DNA of 64,000 bases, from NCBI GenBank assembly GCA_964016885.1, contig OZ024757.1, positions 35,898,001-35,962,000 on the forward strand, given 5' to 3'. Of this stretch, positions 40,446-53,867 are shown in pieces. A program made the position numbers and the translations under genes. Numbering within the stretch: the stretch's first letter is position 1; the number at the start of each line of letters is the position of its first letter. The stretch is from Eledone cirrhosa. Its lineage: Eukaryota. Under the pieces are notes generated by a model, which did not search any database, was not told the origin of the DNA, and worked only from the letters and a program-made list of their open reading frames with translations.

Positions 40446-40516
40446 TCCATTATACGTATTTCAAGGATGTTAAGGTAGTTATATAATAACCACCCAGCAT
40501 GTTTTCTTCAGATGGA
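40446..40516 (-). ncRNA. Minimal type-I hammerhead ribozyme motif
   Basis: Minus strand TCCAT-CTGAAGA-long hairpin-GAAA-tacgta-TA-ATGGA; stem III ATACGTAT is a perfect palindrome. Confidence 0.65.
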
Positions 40517-41109
40517 GTGAGATGTGTTATTGGTTTAACGTGGTGTTAACATAGCTGTCCAGTACTCATATAAAAAGTGTTATAGCAGTTCTATTTGGAG
40601 TGAGAGACAGTATTGTTGCTGTCATTAGTGACTATAAGAAGACTATGCTATCAAATTACCAGAGGGTCATTTATTTTTTAGAATGGCTTGAAAGAACTAT
40701 TGATTTGTTTTTTTTATTTACCCTAAATAGCTAAGGTACAAAGTGTGAAGTCACTACGTGCATGGAGGTGGTGCAGTGGTGGTGGTGGAGTAAATCTTAG
40801 GAAATATTCAACATGGATGGCTCCACAGCACTGAGTGGTGAACAGACACAAGCTGGAGATACAGTCACACATGGGCCTTCAAGCATGAACCCTTGAAAGT
40901 GTGTCAGTGGTGTGTACAGGCATATGCACATACTTGTGCATGCATCACAAAGTGTAGGATTTTGGTGGTTGTGTGTGTGCAGAGATAGATGCCTGTTATA
41001 TACGGATGCTGTAAAAGGGGGTGTATATTGTGTGAGAGAGAGATCAAGTATAAAAGGAAGTTATAGGAATTGAGTCAATTTGGAAAAGTAGTTCCAAGGA
41101 AGAAAATTA

Positions 41110-41690
41110 AGTTCTGCTCAGTCCTGGTGCATATGGCTGTAAATCTGTAGTGTAAAATGAAGCCTGAGACTGAGGTGTTGGGTAGAGTGGCAAGAGGAAT
41201 GGAAATGACGAGCAACAGGAATGACTTTGTGGTCGTATGCCTCTCAGGTGTTCAGCAGATTGGTCAACCAGACAGTGACCTGTGTGTCCGATGTAGATGG
41301 ACTGAAGAAAGGGAACACCTGAGGGGCAAGTGAAGGAATGGCGATTACGAAAAGAATTGTTCGCACCTGTGAGGATGGTGAGGCTTGTTATGTAAAGACA
41401 AGTGTTACATCGGGGGCGGGAATAGGGACAAAATCCAGGTGGAGTCCTGGGGGAGGCAGAACTGTACACAAGAAGGTAACTGAGATTACACGGTGTGCTT
41501 AAAGGTGGTGATGGGTGGGTTGGAAAAGAAGTGGCAGGATCAGAAACAAGAGCTTGGAAGCTATGACGGATGCAGCAACGTAGTGGTAAGGTAGATTGGG
41601 GGGGGGGGGGTATTGGGGGCTGGTTGATGGGGGAGAGGGATGTGGTACCAGAAGCAGGCAGAAGCCTGACCTGATTAAAGCCTTTACTTT
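41110..41690 (-). mobile_element. Penelope-like (Neptune-type) GIY-YIG endonuclease remnant
   Basis: PG.CP.SRPRCNTC.YI...HSFTC...IYIGHTG...EHLR. Confidence 0.75.
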
Positions 41691-42819
41691 AGCTTACTCT
41701 AAATTTTCTCATGTTTGTTAACAAAGATGCTATAAACATTTGAATTAAAACTGTTTTGAAATATCTTTTCTTAGTCATTACAGGATATCAAGAAACCCCT
41801 TGTAATTCATTAGAATCCCTATTTTGAGCAGTGAAGGCAAAAATTAATGAAGCTTAGGAGCTTAACGAGCTATGGGAACTTCAATTCTTCCCTTTTTTAA
41901 TGGTGGAAAGTCATCAGTCCTCTTACCCTCTTCTCCCTCATCATTTTCTTTTTCAATATTGATTTTCTTTCATTCATCAACCACTTAACATTCTCTCTCT
42001 CTCCCCCTCGACCCGCCTTAATCCCCCCTCCCCCCATTAACTTTGTCTCTCTCTTTCTCTGACACCCTCATTAACTCCCCTCCACCCCACCAACCCTCCA
42101 CATACCCCCTACACCACTAGTTCTTAAAACCAAACTGAATGTTTTCCAAATTCAATTCATCCCTCCAACCTACCTCCCCCACCACCATAACCTGTCCTCC
42201 CCCCACATCCTGCCTTCCCTACTCCACCCACCACCACAACCTGTCTTCCCCCCCCACAACTTACCACCACAACCTACCACCACCACCACCACCTGCCTCC
42301 CTCACCCCACAACCTACCACCCCACCCACCACCGCCACCTACCACTGTCCCCACCACAACCTCCCACCATCACCCACCACAACAATCTACCACCACCACC
42401 ACCACCACCACAACAACAACCTACCTCTCCCACTATCCCGCCATTCTCTTTAATCTAACACCCCCTAGCCACCCCCCTACTCCTTTGGTAAATATAATTA
42501 TCCCCTTTTCTCCCCCTATTCCCCACTCCCTCATCAAGTGCCATCCTTCAAATTATTTTCTCTCTTTTTTTACATGTATCATTTAGTAAGAAATCATTGA
42601 AATATTTACGCCCCCCTCTGTAGTGTCACAATAGAATATTTTCCAGATTCTCCTCCAATGCATCACTATTCTGACATTTTCCTGTAACTCCTCACACCCA
42701 AACAGTGCTTTGTCAATTCAAATGTTTATAATATCTTTACTATAAACATTGTTGTAAAGTTTACTAGAAAGATTGTTGTAAAAATCTTAATTTAATGACA
42801 TACATACACACACATACAT

Positions 42820-43810
42820 ACATGATGATGATGGCTGCAATTCAATTTCAAGTAATGCCATTGCTTGATACTTTAGCATGAGCATTACGGATGTTGCTTT
42901 TTAGTCCTGCTAGGGACTTGCCTATGGCCAGCAATACCATACATAGCAAAAATAAAAGCTTGAAGCTTTTTTAAGTGAGGAAAGGTTTTGCACGGGGGCC
43001 AATCCCACTCTCTGAACATTGAATGCATTTATCCAAAAAGAAGAATGGATCTACATCATTGGATGCAAATGAAGTCGCAAGTTTTATATCAGAGTGACCT
43101 CCTCCTAGAGAGATGTCTTAGTGAAGACTAGGAGTCTCTCACTCTAGAAACAAAAAAAAATACATACACACATGTTGATTGCTACTTGTAAGAAAAGTAC
43201 CATCTCTTCATTGAACATTGCAGGGTCATGCGCACGCAGGTGATTTTTCAGACCCGCTTTTGTTTTGCAGGTACATTCACAGATGTGACATTTGAACTGT
43301 CTATCTCCTAGCAATACTGGCTGGGGTGTGTCTTCGTGCCTTTTACTATGTCTGGTCAAACCACCCATTGACTTGCAACTTAAGCCACACACATTGCAAA
43401 TGGCGTGTGTAGAACCATCTAACAGTTGGTTCGATTTCTCCCTGGCTTGTGTGATTTCAGATGGTTGACAAAACCAGTTCATGTTAGAAGAAATCGGCCA
43501 CATACATTGCACCTCAAATCTTGCTGAATTTCTGCAGGCATTGCACTTGTGAAGTGAATACTTCAAAACAACATGCTCCACTCACTTTTTCTCAAAGACA
43601 TCACATCAATATTTGATGATATTTCTCCATGATGTACGGCCTTCAGCCAGTCTCTCCCAGTTCTCCATATCAATCATCAGAGCTTTAAGGTTGCCTTTTA
43701 AGACATCCTTAAACCACTTCGTTGATATATGCTGTGGTCTTTTCCTCTGGTCATCTCCCCATAAAATAACTGTTTAGGTAACTTTCCATCTTACATCCTG
43801 ACCAAGTTAT
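42820..43810 (-). mobile_element. 3' end of an RTE/BovB-like LINE with two C2H2 fingers
   Basis: Frameshifted KWFKDVLKGNLKAL..W.RLAE.R..W, then CNVC..HSKRH and CHIC..HLRAH, then a UTR. Confidence 0.7.
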
Positions 43811-43844
43811 CCTTATTAAGTGTTTAATAGTAATGTCATTACTA

Positions 43845-44452
43845 TGGCAGTAATCGGTAGAGCATCGGACAACATGCTTTATGGCATAGAGTTATGGCCC
43901 TTTACATTCTGAGTTCAAATCCTGTTGATGTTAGCTTTGCCTTTCATCCTTTCGAGGTTGATAAAATAAAGTACCAGTAATACACTAGGGTTGATTTAAT
44001 ATACATTCCTTTTCTCTCTAAATTGTTGGCCTTGTGTCTAAATCAGAAACCATTATTATGGCAGTATTGGAAGGTGGTGGATTGGCAGTATCGGTAGAGG
44101 GTCGGACGCCATGCTTTGCAGCAAAGAGTTACGGCCCTTTATGATCTGAGTTCAAATCTCGCCAAGGTTAACTTTGCCTTTCATCCTTACGGGGTCGATA
44201 AAATAAAGTACCAGTAATACACTGGTAAATTGCTGGCCTTGTGCCAAAAGTAGAAACACCTATTAGGGCAGTATTGGTAGAGCATCAGATAACATACTTT
44301 TTGGCATAGTTAACTCTCTTTCCATTTTGAGTTCAAATCCTGCTGAGGTTGGCTTTTCGTCCTTCTGGGGTTGATAAAATTACCACTAACACACAGGGGT
44401 TGATTTAATCCTCCTCCAATTGTTGGCCTTGTGTCTAAATCAGGAACCATTA
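43845..44452 (+). mobile_element. SINE family A tandem trimer
   Basis: Three heads/cores separated by short TTA linkers. Confidence 0.85.
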
Positions 44453-45471
44453 TTTCTGTTGTTGAGTTAATTTTAGAATAGTATATGTCTCCTCTGTTGT
44501 GGTTGTGTTTGAAGATGGGACTGAAGCTAATGTGTCTAAGTTATTTTTACATGTGCAACTAAATTTGGAATTTAGATGAAATTAATTTAAGGCTGGTTGT
44601 GCAAGTGTAACTAACTTTGATTGTGTTGTCATTGAATGACTTCTAGTTCATGTAGTGCAGTGGACTCCATAAGCCATAGTGAAGGCAGTCCATCTAGAAG
44701 AGTAGACACTCTAAATAAGAACTGAGACAGGGTGGAGAGGACTCTTGATTCCAGTAAAACAACCTTTCTAGTGCTGCTGGTAAGCACCCAGTCCATGCTG
44801 TAAAGTGGTTGGTGATAGGAAGGGTATCCAGTCAGGAAAAACCTTGCCAAAATTATGGAAGGCATACATACATACATACACACAAACACACTCATATATG
44901 TGTGTATATGTATATATACACACACAACACATATATATTCGCACACACACAAACACTCATGTATGTGTATATATGTGTGTGTTTATATATACACACTACA
45001 CATACATACAAACACTGATATGTGTGTGAATGTATTCACACACAACACACATATATATACACATACACACAAACACACTCATATATATGTGTATATGTAT
45101 ATATACACACACAACACATATATATTCGCATACACACAAACACTCATGTATGTGTATATATGTGTGTGATTATATACACACACACTACACATGCATACAA
45201 ACACTGATATGTGTGTGAATGTATTCACACACAACACATATATATATATATACACATACACACAAACACACTCATATATGTGTGCACATATATATATATA
45301 TATATATATGTGCACACAACGGCCATCCAAATAGTACTTTTTCTTTCTTTTCACCTGGGAGTGAAAGGCCTCCAGTTGTTGTCACAACACCTTTCTAAGA
45401 GAGGGAACTCTGAAAAAAAAACCTGCAGCTTGGGAAGCATCCGATGGTGTTGACCAGTTCTTCTTTTAGGG

Positions 45472-45505
<34 letters not shown>

Positions 45506-45921
45506 TGTGTGTATATATTGTGACATAAACATCTACTGTTGTAACTGAACTAAAACACGGTTAATTAAGATAAAAATCCCTGTGTGTGTATGTATGTTTG
45601 AGTGTGTACATGTCTGTGTGTGTGTGTGTGTGTGTGCATCATTACAGCATCTACACCTACTGTTTTAACTGATCTACAAAAAAGGCTAGTAATGTAGGAT
45701 GAAACCTTTGTCTCTGTATGTGTGTGTGTATGTATATATGTATGTGCTTGTGTGTATATATGTATATGCTTGTGTGTGTGTTTGTGTACATTATTAGTTC
45801 ATCTACACCTACTATAGTAACAAAACCAAACTGAAACCCTGGCTAGTTGTTTAAGAAGCCGTCCTCCCTGTACAATTCCACCACCTCTGCCTCTTGTCAG
45901 CTGTTCTTTGACTTTTTCCAG

Positions 45922-46024
45922 TGATTTACCAGACGATCATGAAGTCTACAACAAAGAGACACAGGATGATAATCAACAGATATATGAGGATTTGTGCTCA
46001 CTTAAACGTAAATCCACGTCACAG
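45922..46024 (+). CDS. VAV: Vav exon 5a (Y160/Y174-equivalents): DLPDDHEVYNKETQDDNQQIYEDLCSLKRKSTSQ
   Basis: gactttttccag acceptor, CAG|gtaacg donor, 103 nt, phase 2-0. Contains IYEDL, the Vav Y174 autoinhibitory motif. Confidence 0.88.
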
Positions 46025-46409
46025 GTAACGACTGAAGATAATTGTTGTCACACTTAGTCCTCTCGCTCATTTCTTTCTTTGGGGTGTTTTTTTTTTTGGC
46101 ACTTTTTTGTTATTTTTGGGGGAAGCATGTTTATATTATTATTATTGTTGTTGTTTTTGCTATTATTATTATTATTATTACTATTGTTGTTGTTGTTTAT
46201 TAACCTGTTTTTCCTTCAGTTTACTTGTTTTATCTAAATCCTCACTGTCCTTGTATATTTCTGTTTCACCCCTCGTGACCAATAAAGAAATAATAATAAT
46301 ATCATTATTTCAGTTGATTTTCTTTTTTCTTTTCATTTCTTTTATACAATGTTTCATTATATTTCTTGCCTTCCATATATGTGTGTGTGTGGCTATGTCT
46401 ATCTATCTA

Positions 46410-46457
<48 letters not shown>

Positions 46458-47496
46458 CACATACATGCACCCAAATGACTCTATACATACACACATGCAC
46501 ACACACATACATACACACATGCAAACACACAGATATATACTTACAGTAAACATGTTGACTAATCAGGGTTACTTATGCAACACACCAATCAGTGAACAAT
46601 GATGCAATTCCTTATTATATATATATATATACACATACACACATATATACACACTTTTATACATCCCTTTTCTTATTCAATTTCATTTTCTTTTGTTATT
46701 AACATTATTTTTTATTTTAAATCTTAGAAAGAATTTTTTCTTATCATTTCTTTCTTATCTTGGAAGAAAATTTTTCTAATAATTTTTCAATTTTTATTTT
46801 CCTAATAATATTTCAATTTTTATTTTCCTTCAAAGAAACAAACCCCAAACCTGAAAACTGTCAAAATATCTCATTAATTTTATCTAAATTGAATTATATA
46901 TTTTTCTTGTGTGTGTTTTACTTAATTTTGCAACATTTAAAAATAAAAAAAGAATAAATATCTTTTTTCTTTTTAAATGTTTAATTGAAATTCAACTTGT
47001 TACTGGGAGAAAATATTTGTGTTGTTTGAAACAGTTTCAAATTTGTGTGATACTTGTTACTGTTCATATAGGACTTGTGTGATACTTGTTACTGTTCATA
47101 TAGGACTTTCACACAGAATATTGTTTCTACATAAATGTTGAAATAATTATAAACAGGATAATAATGAATGTGGATAGTTTAACAGGATAATTTGGTAGAG
47201 TTAACAATGAATATAGATCAGTTAGCAGTGAACGGTGAAGGGTTAACAGTGAACGGTGAAGGGTTAACAGTGAACAGTGAAGGGTTAACAGTGAATGTGG
47301 AAGGGTTAACAGTTGAATTTACCCTTCTCCCACTCCCCACCATCAGAATCATGTCATTATCACAGAAAGTAAACTAGATAATACTACCACTACCACCACC
47401 ACCACCACCACTACTACTACTACTACTAACACTACTACCACCACTACTACTACCACTAATACCACCACTGCCACCACTACTACTACTACTACCACC

Positions 47497-47531
<35 letters not shown>

Positions 47532-47754
47532 CACTAATACCACCACCACCACTACTGCTACCACCACTACCAGTACCGCCACTACTAATACCACCACCAC
47601 CACCACTACTAATACCACCACCATCACCACTACTACCACCACTACTACCACCACCACCACAGAACAGAAACTTAAGATGGTGGACTAATGGTAAAAACTG
47701 GCTAATTATATAGGACAACATTTGAGAAAGATATCACCCTTCCACTACCTCATG

Positions 47755-48030
47755 AGGGGAGGTGGCCAAGTGGTAAGGGTGTTGGATTACAATCATATTG
47801 TTGTGGGTTAGATACCTGGACTGGGTTGTATGTTGTGTTCTTGAGAAAAACACTTTCACATTGCTCCAGTATACTCAACTGAAAATGTGAGTTCCAGCAA
47901 TAATTGGGAGTTTAACCTTGCTATGGACTGGTGTCCTGTCCAGGAAGGAGTCTTTTACCCTCAGCCACTTCATGCCCTGAAAACAGGGATAAGCACTGGC
48001 CTCTGGGTTTCAAATAAACTTCAGACTTTT
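47755..48030 (+). mobile_element. Older tRNA/CORE-like SINE; related copy at about 32100-32420
   Basis: A/B boxes and ttcttgag..acactttcacattgctccagtatactca domain, with a different tail from family B. Confidence 0.6.
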
Positions 48031-48049
48031 TTAAGATAGTACCTTCATC

Positions 48050-49390
48050 TGTTAGACCAAGGGTGGCCCACATCTAGGGTGGCCTACATCTGTTAGACAT
48101 AAGGTGGCCCACATCTGTTAGACCAAGGGTGGCCTACACCTGTTAGACATAAGGTGGCCCACATCTGTTAGACATAAGGTGGCCCACATCTGTTAGACAT
48201 AAGGTGGCCCACATCTGTTAGACCAAGGGTGGCCTACACCTGTTAGACCAAGTGTGGCCTACACCTATTAGACCAAGGGTGGCCCACAACTGTTAGACCA
48301 AGGGTGGCCTACACCTGTTAGACATAAGGTGGCCCACATCTGTTAGACCAAGGGTGGTCTACACCTGTTAGACCAAGGGTGGCCTACATCTGTTAGACCA
48401 AGGGTGGCCTACATCTGTTAGACCAAGGGTAGCCTACACCTGTTAGTCTAAGGGTGGCCCACATCTGTTAGACCAAGGGTAACCTACACCTGTTAGACAT
48501 AAGCTGGCCCACATCTGTTAGACCAAGGGTGGCCTACACCTGTTAGACCAAGGGTGGCCTACATCTGTTAGACCAAGGGTAGCCTACACCTGTTAGTCCA
48601 AAGGTGGCCCACATCTGTTAGACCAAGGGTGGCCTACACCTGTTAGACCAAGGGTGGCCTACACCTGTTAGACCAAGGGTGGCCTACACCTGTTAGACCA
48701 AGGGTGGCCTACACCTGTTAGACCAAGTGTGGCCTACACCTGTTAGACCAAGGGTGGCCTACATCTGTTAAACCAAGGGTGGCCTACATCTGTTAAACCA
48801 AGGGTAGCCTACACCTGTTAGACCAAGGGTGGCCGACATCTGTTAGACCAAGTGTGGCCTACATCTGTTAGACCAAGGGTGGCCTACACCTGTTAGACCA
48901 AGGGTAGCCTACACCTGTTAGTCTAAGGGTGGCCCACATCTGTTAGACCAAGGGTGGCCTACACCTGTTAGTCTAAGGGTGGCCCACATCTGTTAGACCA
49001 AGGGTAACCTACACCTGTTAGACATAAGCTGGCCCACATCTGTTAGACCAAGGGTGGCCTACATCTGTTAGACCAAGGGTGGCCTACACCTGTTAGACCA
49101 AGGGTGGTCTACACCTGTTAGACCAAGTGTGGCCTACATCTGTTAGACCAAGGGTGGCCTACACCTGTTAGACCAAGGGTCGCCTACACCTGTTAGACCA
49201 AGGGTGGCCTACACTTGTTAGACCAAGGGTGGCCTACACCTGTTAGACCAAGGGTGGCCTACACCTGTTAGACCAAGGGTGGCCCACATCTGTTAGACCA
49301 AGGGTGGCCCACATCTGTTAGACCAAGGGTGGCCTACACCTGTTAGACCAAGGGTGGTCTACATCTGTTAGACCAAGGGTGGCCTACATC
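48050..49390. repeat. 25-bp minisatellite tgttagaccaagggtggcctacacc, about 54 copies
   Basis: Head-to-tail units with variant positions and no unique spacers. Confidence 0.97.
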
Positions 49391-49666
49391 TAGTGTTTAT
49401 AGCAGTAGTAGTAGTAACAATGGTAGTGGTAGTAATAGTAGTAGTAGTAAACCCGGATAAACCTACACCCAGATATGCCTCCCTAAACAATAACTCTCTA
49501 CTTGAGTGGGCCATGGTGTCCAAATCCTGATTTGAAAGACTTCGCCAGGTGGTGCTATTAAGTTAGACATGGCCTTGGCCATTACTGGCCGAAACCTATC
49601 AAAGTTTTATATATATATATGTATGACTTTTGTCAAATCGGACCAAGGAAACAATGTTTCCGTTGG

Positions 49667-49881
49667 TCTTTCCAATTGTTAATACTATCTATCGGTCGCA
49701 ACTCCAGGTAGAAGGAGCAATGTGAAATAAAGTGTCTTGTTCAAGGACATAACGCATCGCCCAGTCCAGGAATCAAACTGACAACCTCACGATTGCGAAT
49801 CCAGTTCTCTAACTAATCAGCCACACGCCTTCACTTCTACCTGGAGTTGCGACCGATAGATAGTATTAACAATTGGAAAGA
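49667..49881. mobile_element. Perfect 48-bp inverted repeats enclosing a minus-strand tRNA-SINE head
   Basis: 49667-49714 is the exact reverse complement of 49834-49881; the interior resembles a SINE-B-like head. Confidence 0.8.
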
Positions 49882-49939
49882 TATATATATGTGTATATTC
49901 AAATGTGAATATATAATATATACATATATATATACATAT

Positions 49940-50303
49940 ATATGAAATACTGAATGAACAGTACAAAAGTATGTTCACACCCCTACTGAGGCACATGCAA
50001 ATAACAAAGCCAGGTGATTTCTTTGATGGCACAACACTCCATGAAGAAATGGTGACCATCAACCACATAGACATAATGGAGGAAGATGTGATATCCGCCA
50101 TAAACGAAATTAGAACAAACTCAGCTGTTGGACCTGACGGATTCCCAGCAGTCCTCCTAAAAACATGTAAACATGCCTTAGCAGGACCACTGAAGATCCT
50201 CTCCAGAAGCTCTTTGGCTAGCGGTAAACTACCCAGAGAGCTAAAAGAAGGCACAATATGCCTTATCCATAAAGGAGGAAGCAGAGCGGAGGCCAAAAAC
50301 TAC
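49940..50303 (+). mobile_element. CR1/Jockey-group LINE RT N-terminal fragment
   Basis: SAVGPDGFPAVLLK.C...LAGPL.....IHKGGSRAEAKNY. Confidence 0.75.
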
Positions 50304-50949
50304 AATATAAATTTAAATATATTTGAAAACCATACAATGCATTAGAAAATTAAAAGTGCCAAGATAACAAAAGAATCTTACCTTAGCAAATTTAATAATC
50401 TCAAATATTTTTGGGTTTAAAAACCCATTATCAAGGAAGTAACCCTGTGAGAGACTTAAGGATTGATCGAAGATGAATTGTTGTTAGGAAGGCAGATTTA
50501 AGATAAATGTAATGAAAAGACATTAAAATTTCGAGCGTGCATGTTGTGAAATGTCTGGGAAAAAGTGTTTGATATATGCATGTGTGTGCTTAGTGGGATG
50601 TTTGTATGTGTGTGCATGAATGTAAGTTTATGTAGTGAAAGGTGTGTGCGAATATGTATATAATAAAATAGGAAAAATATGTATGCATGTCTGCGAGTCT
50701 AAGTGTGTTTGCCTAGTGAGGACAGATTTAATTTGAAAGAAAGAATGAAACTGGCCACTGGGATGTTGGAATACAGGCTTTTAAATTAGCCATTCTGGTG
50801 CACTTCTTTCCATTCGATTATTGATCCTAGGTTTTAATTGCTTGATTAAGAGGGCGGAAGGAAGAGGAGTTGGTGTTAACATGCTCTTTAATTTGGAGAT
50901 GTAACGGTTGAAGAGTGCTGCCTATGTAAAATAGGTTAGAGTAGATTGC

Positions 50950-51570
50950 ACTTGTTACATTCTAACCTGTATACTACACCATTTCTAGCATCCTACAAAA
51001 ACACACACATACTCACCACAACCTCTCCAGATCACAACTCATCGGACAAGGGAAAAGAGTTTTGTGTTATTACCAACCTAGCCCACCAATATCTCAACGA
51101 CAACTGTCTCTGCTTGGAAGTGACCTGAATTACACCCGCACTGATAGAGAACTGGATCAACACTGCCTGGACCAACATCTGTGACCAATGAAGGCTCCCG
51201 AAGAGATTCCAATACAATTACATAAGAAACAGCAGGCAGCCCAACTTCTACCACCTGATCCAACAAAGAAGTTCCTGGCCTTAAAATTAGATACATTTTC
51301 TCTAGTATTGAAGGACCATCTTATGAAATCTCTTGGCTTCTGTCCAAGATTTTAAAGCCCCTGTTGTATCGGCATCACCACCACCGACATCCACCAGCTC
51401 CTATCCATCGTTGTCAACAATGCCTTTTTCAACTTGCTGGGACAAACCTACCGACAGACCTCTGGACTACCCATCGGGTTTATTGGTCATTTCGTATATG
51501 ACCAGGCTAGAATGCCGAGTACTCAGCTCCTGCGACACCTGCACTTTCTTCACTAGATATGTTTGCCAAA
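50950..51570 (+). mobile_element. Degenerate Penelope-like RT remnant
   Basis: Frameshifted SDKGKEFCVI, PNFYHLI and KIR.I.SSIEGPSYEISWL segments resemble the PLE RT N-terminus. Confidence 0.55.
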
Positions 51571-53758
51571 TATCAATTATTAAACAAAAAGGATGAACTT
51601 GTTACCTGGTGTAAGCACAGGATATATAAGACATATCTCACCTTCAAACCCCCTCACGATCCAGGTGGGTAGATATTGGTTTTCAATATCCATCCCACTT
51701 ACACACTAAGATTGAGGCACCCCAGAGCACACTAGTCCCTTTCCTAAAGCATCCCTAGGTAGACATAGAATATTTACATTACTGTAAACATATACATATT
51801 GCCCCTAATAGGACCAGCTGATTAGATGGCACAGATCCATTACTCACAGTTTAAGCACAAGTCACAAGTATAAACACCACCATTAGTGTACTGCAGTAAT
51901 GGCATGCTTGGTATATAGAGTAAATGTGTACTATTATACACAAACACATTAGGCCCGTACTTAAGCACCATCATAAAAACTATAGCATTAGAAATGTTAA
52001 AGAAAGCTACAAGTTAGCATTCAATTCTTATACTTTCTATTGTTAAGGTATTGCGATGGCTTTGATATACCTGTTATATATACACATTGAGGCATTTCTT
52101 ATATAAAACAGGAATCCATAATACTATAGATTGTTAGCTAACTTACGATAGCACGAGAACTGAAATAACTAGAACTATCTTTAAGATTAATGCTAGATTA
52201 TTGGTGTTTGAAATAAGTAAATTAATGAATGAGGAGTTTTTCCCGGGCCATAGAGCAATTAATAACTAGAAATCTCTATGAGGAGGGGAAATAGTAATAA
52301 ATTATAAATTCTTAGCTATTTAGCAAATCATAAATAAAGGCAAATTAACAAACACACTTTGATTTAAATACACCGAAATTAAAATTTCTCTGTTTTTTTC
52401 TTTTTGAACCTAATGTAGCTAAGTACAATGTCATTTTTACAGATTAGAAATGTTTGATAATGTAGAATTCTCTCTCAAATGTGTGTGTGCTCTACTAGCA
52501 AGCTTAACATCTTCAGATCAATAGGTCTAGTCACCCACTTTCTCCTAGCTTTTTGTCTAACCCCTTATCCCCTATGCATTGCAGCCATCTGTGTAATAAA
52601 ACTAGATAATTCAAGACATCGGGATAAAGCAGGACTAAACTAGCTATCTTTACGGAGTCGTACATTTGAACAAAGGTACCCTCCCTCCCGATCACTGACC
52701 ACTCCGGAAGAAAAACAAAAAAAAAAGAGAACTTTAAAGATTATTTTTGCATAGACTGTCTGCCCATATATGGACAATACCCCTTGAAGACTTCAGCTAG
52801 ATTCCCACCACTTCACTATTGGCGCTTTAGTTCAGATCTATCTGTTGAAATGGCCGGAGCTCAGCCGTCGGGGTCCTGAGTCTTTTCGCATATATATATT
52901 ATCATCATTGTTTTACGTCCATTCTTCCATGCTAGCATGGGTTAGACGGGTTGTCCTGTTGTGGACAATGCCAGGTCGAGTGACCATGTTTTGCTCATAT
53001 TGTTTAACGTCCATCTTCCACGCTAGCATATATATGTACATATATATACATATATGTATTTATATGTATTTATATACATATATGTGCATATATATATATA
53101 CATATATGTACCTACATGTATTTATATACATATATGTATATATATACATATATGTACCTATATGTATTTATATCCATATATGTACCTATATATACATATA
53201 TGTGCATATATGTATATATATACATATATGTACCTACATGTATTTATATACATATATGTATATATATACATATATGTACCTATATGTATTTATATACATA
53301 TATGTATATAAATACATATATGTATATATATACATATAGGTAAATATATGTATTTATATGCACACACACATGCGCCCCAACCCTGTCCTCACACCTCACC
53401 ACCAGCCACATATCTGATTTTACTCCACTCCACCCTGTATTTAAATTATAATTTTTAATTTCTTAAACTTTATTTTCAGTAAATTTCATCGTTGTTTTTT
53501 TTTAATTTAAATTTAATTTTTTTTTTTTTCCCCATTTGTTGTTTTTTGTTTTGTTGTATTATTGTTGTCTTATTTTTATTTCATTTAAAAAAAAATTAAT
53601 TCCTAATTTTTAATTTTGTTGTTGCTGCTGCTGCTGTAATTGTTTATTTTTGGTTGTTGTTGTTATTGTTGTAATCCATCCATATAAATAAGCTTTGTTA
53701 TTGTAGTTGTTGTAGTAGTAGTAGTTGTTGTAGTAGTTGTTGTTGTTGTTACATCTAG

Positions 53759-53867
53759 TGAAAATGACTTGGATGATAACCAGGACTTGTACGATGTTGT
53801 GTACGATGGTGAGGAAGACGAACAAATTTATGAACATTTGTGTAGCAGAAATCAGAGATTCTCCACA
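53759..53867 (+). CDS. VAV: Vav exon 5b (paralogous to 5a): ENDLDDNQDLYDVVYDGEEDEQIYEHLCSRNQRFST
   Basis: acatctag acceptor, ACA|gtaagt donor, 109 nt, phase 2-0. DLYD (Y160-like) and IYEHL (Y174-like) motifs. Confidence 0.86.

Noticed and set aside
43144-43581. C2H2 zinc-finger host gene
   Set aside because: The fingers follow a frameshifted RTE C-terminus and precede a repeat-family UTR, so they are part of a LINE.
35641-45873. Docking/selector pairing for exons 5a/5b (agggatgggacg versus cgtcctccct)
   Set aside because: Only about 10 bp with a bulge; too weak to distinguish from chance.
48050-49390. CRISPR-like regular array
   Set aside because: The 25-bp units are contiguous with no unique spacers, there are no cas genes, and the context is a eukaryotic intron.
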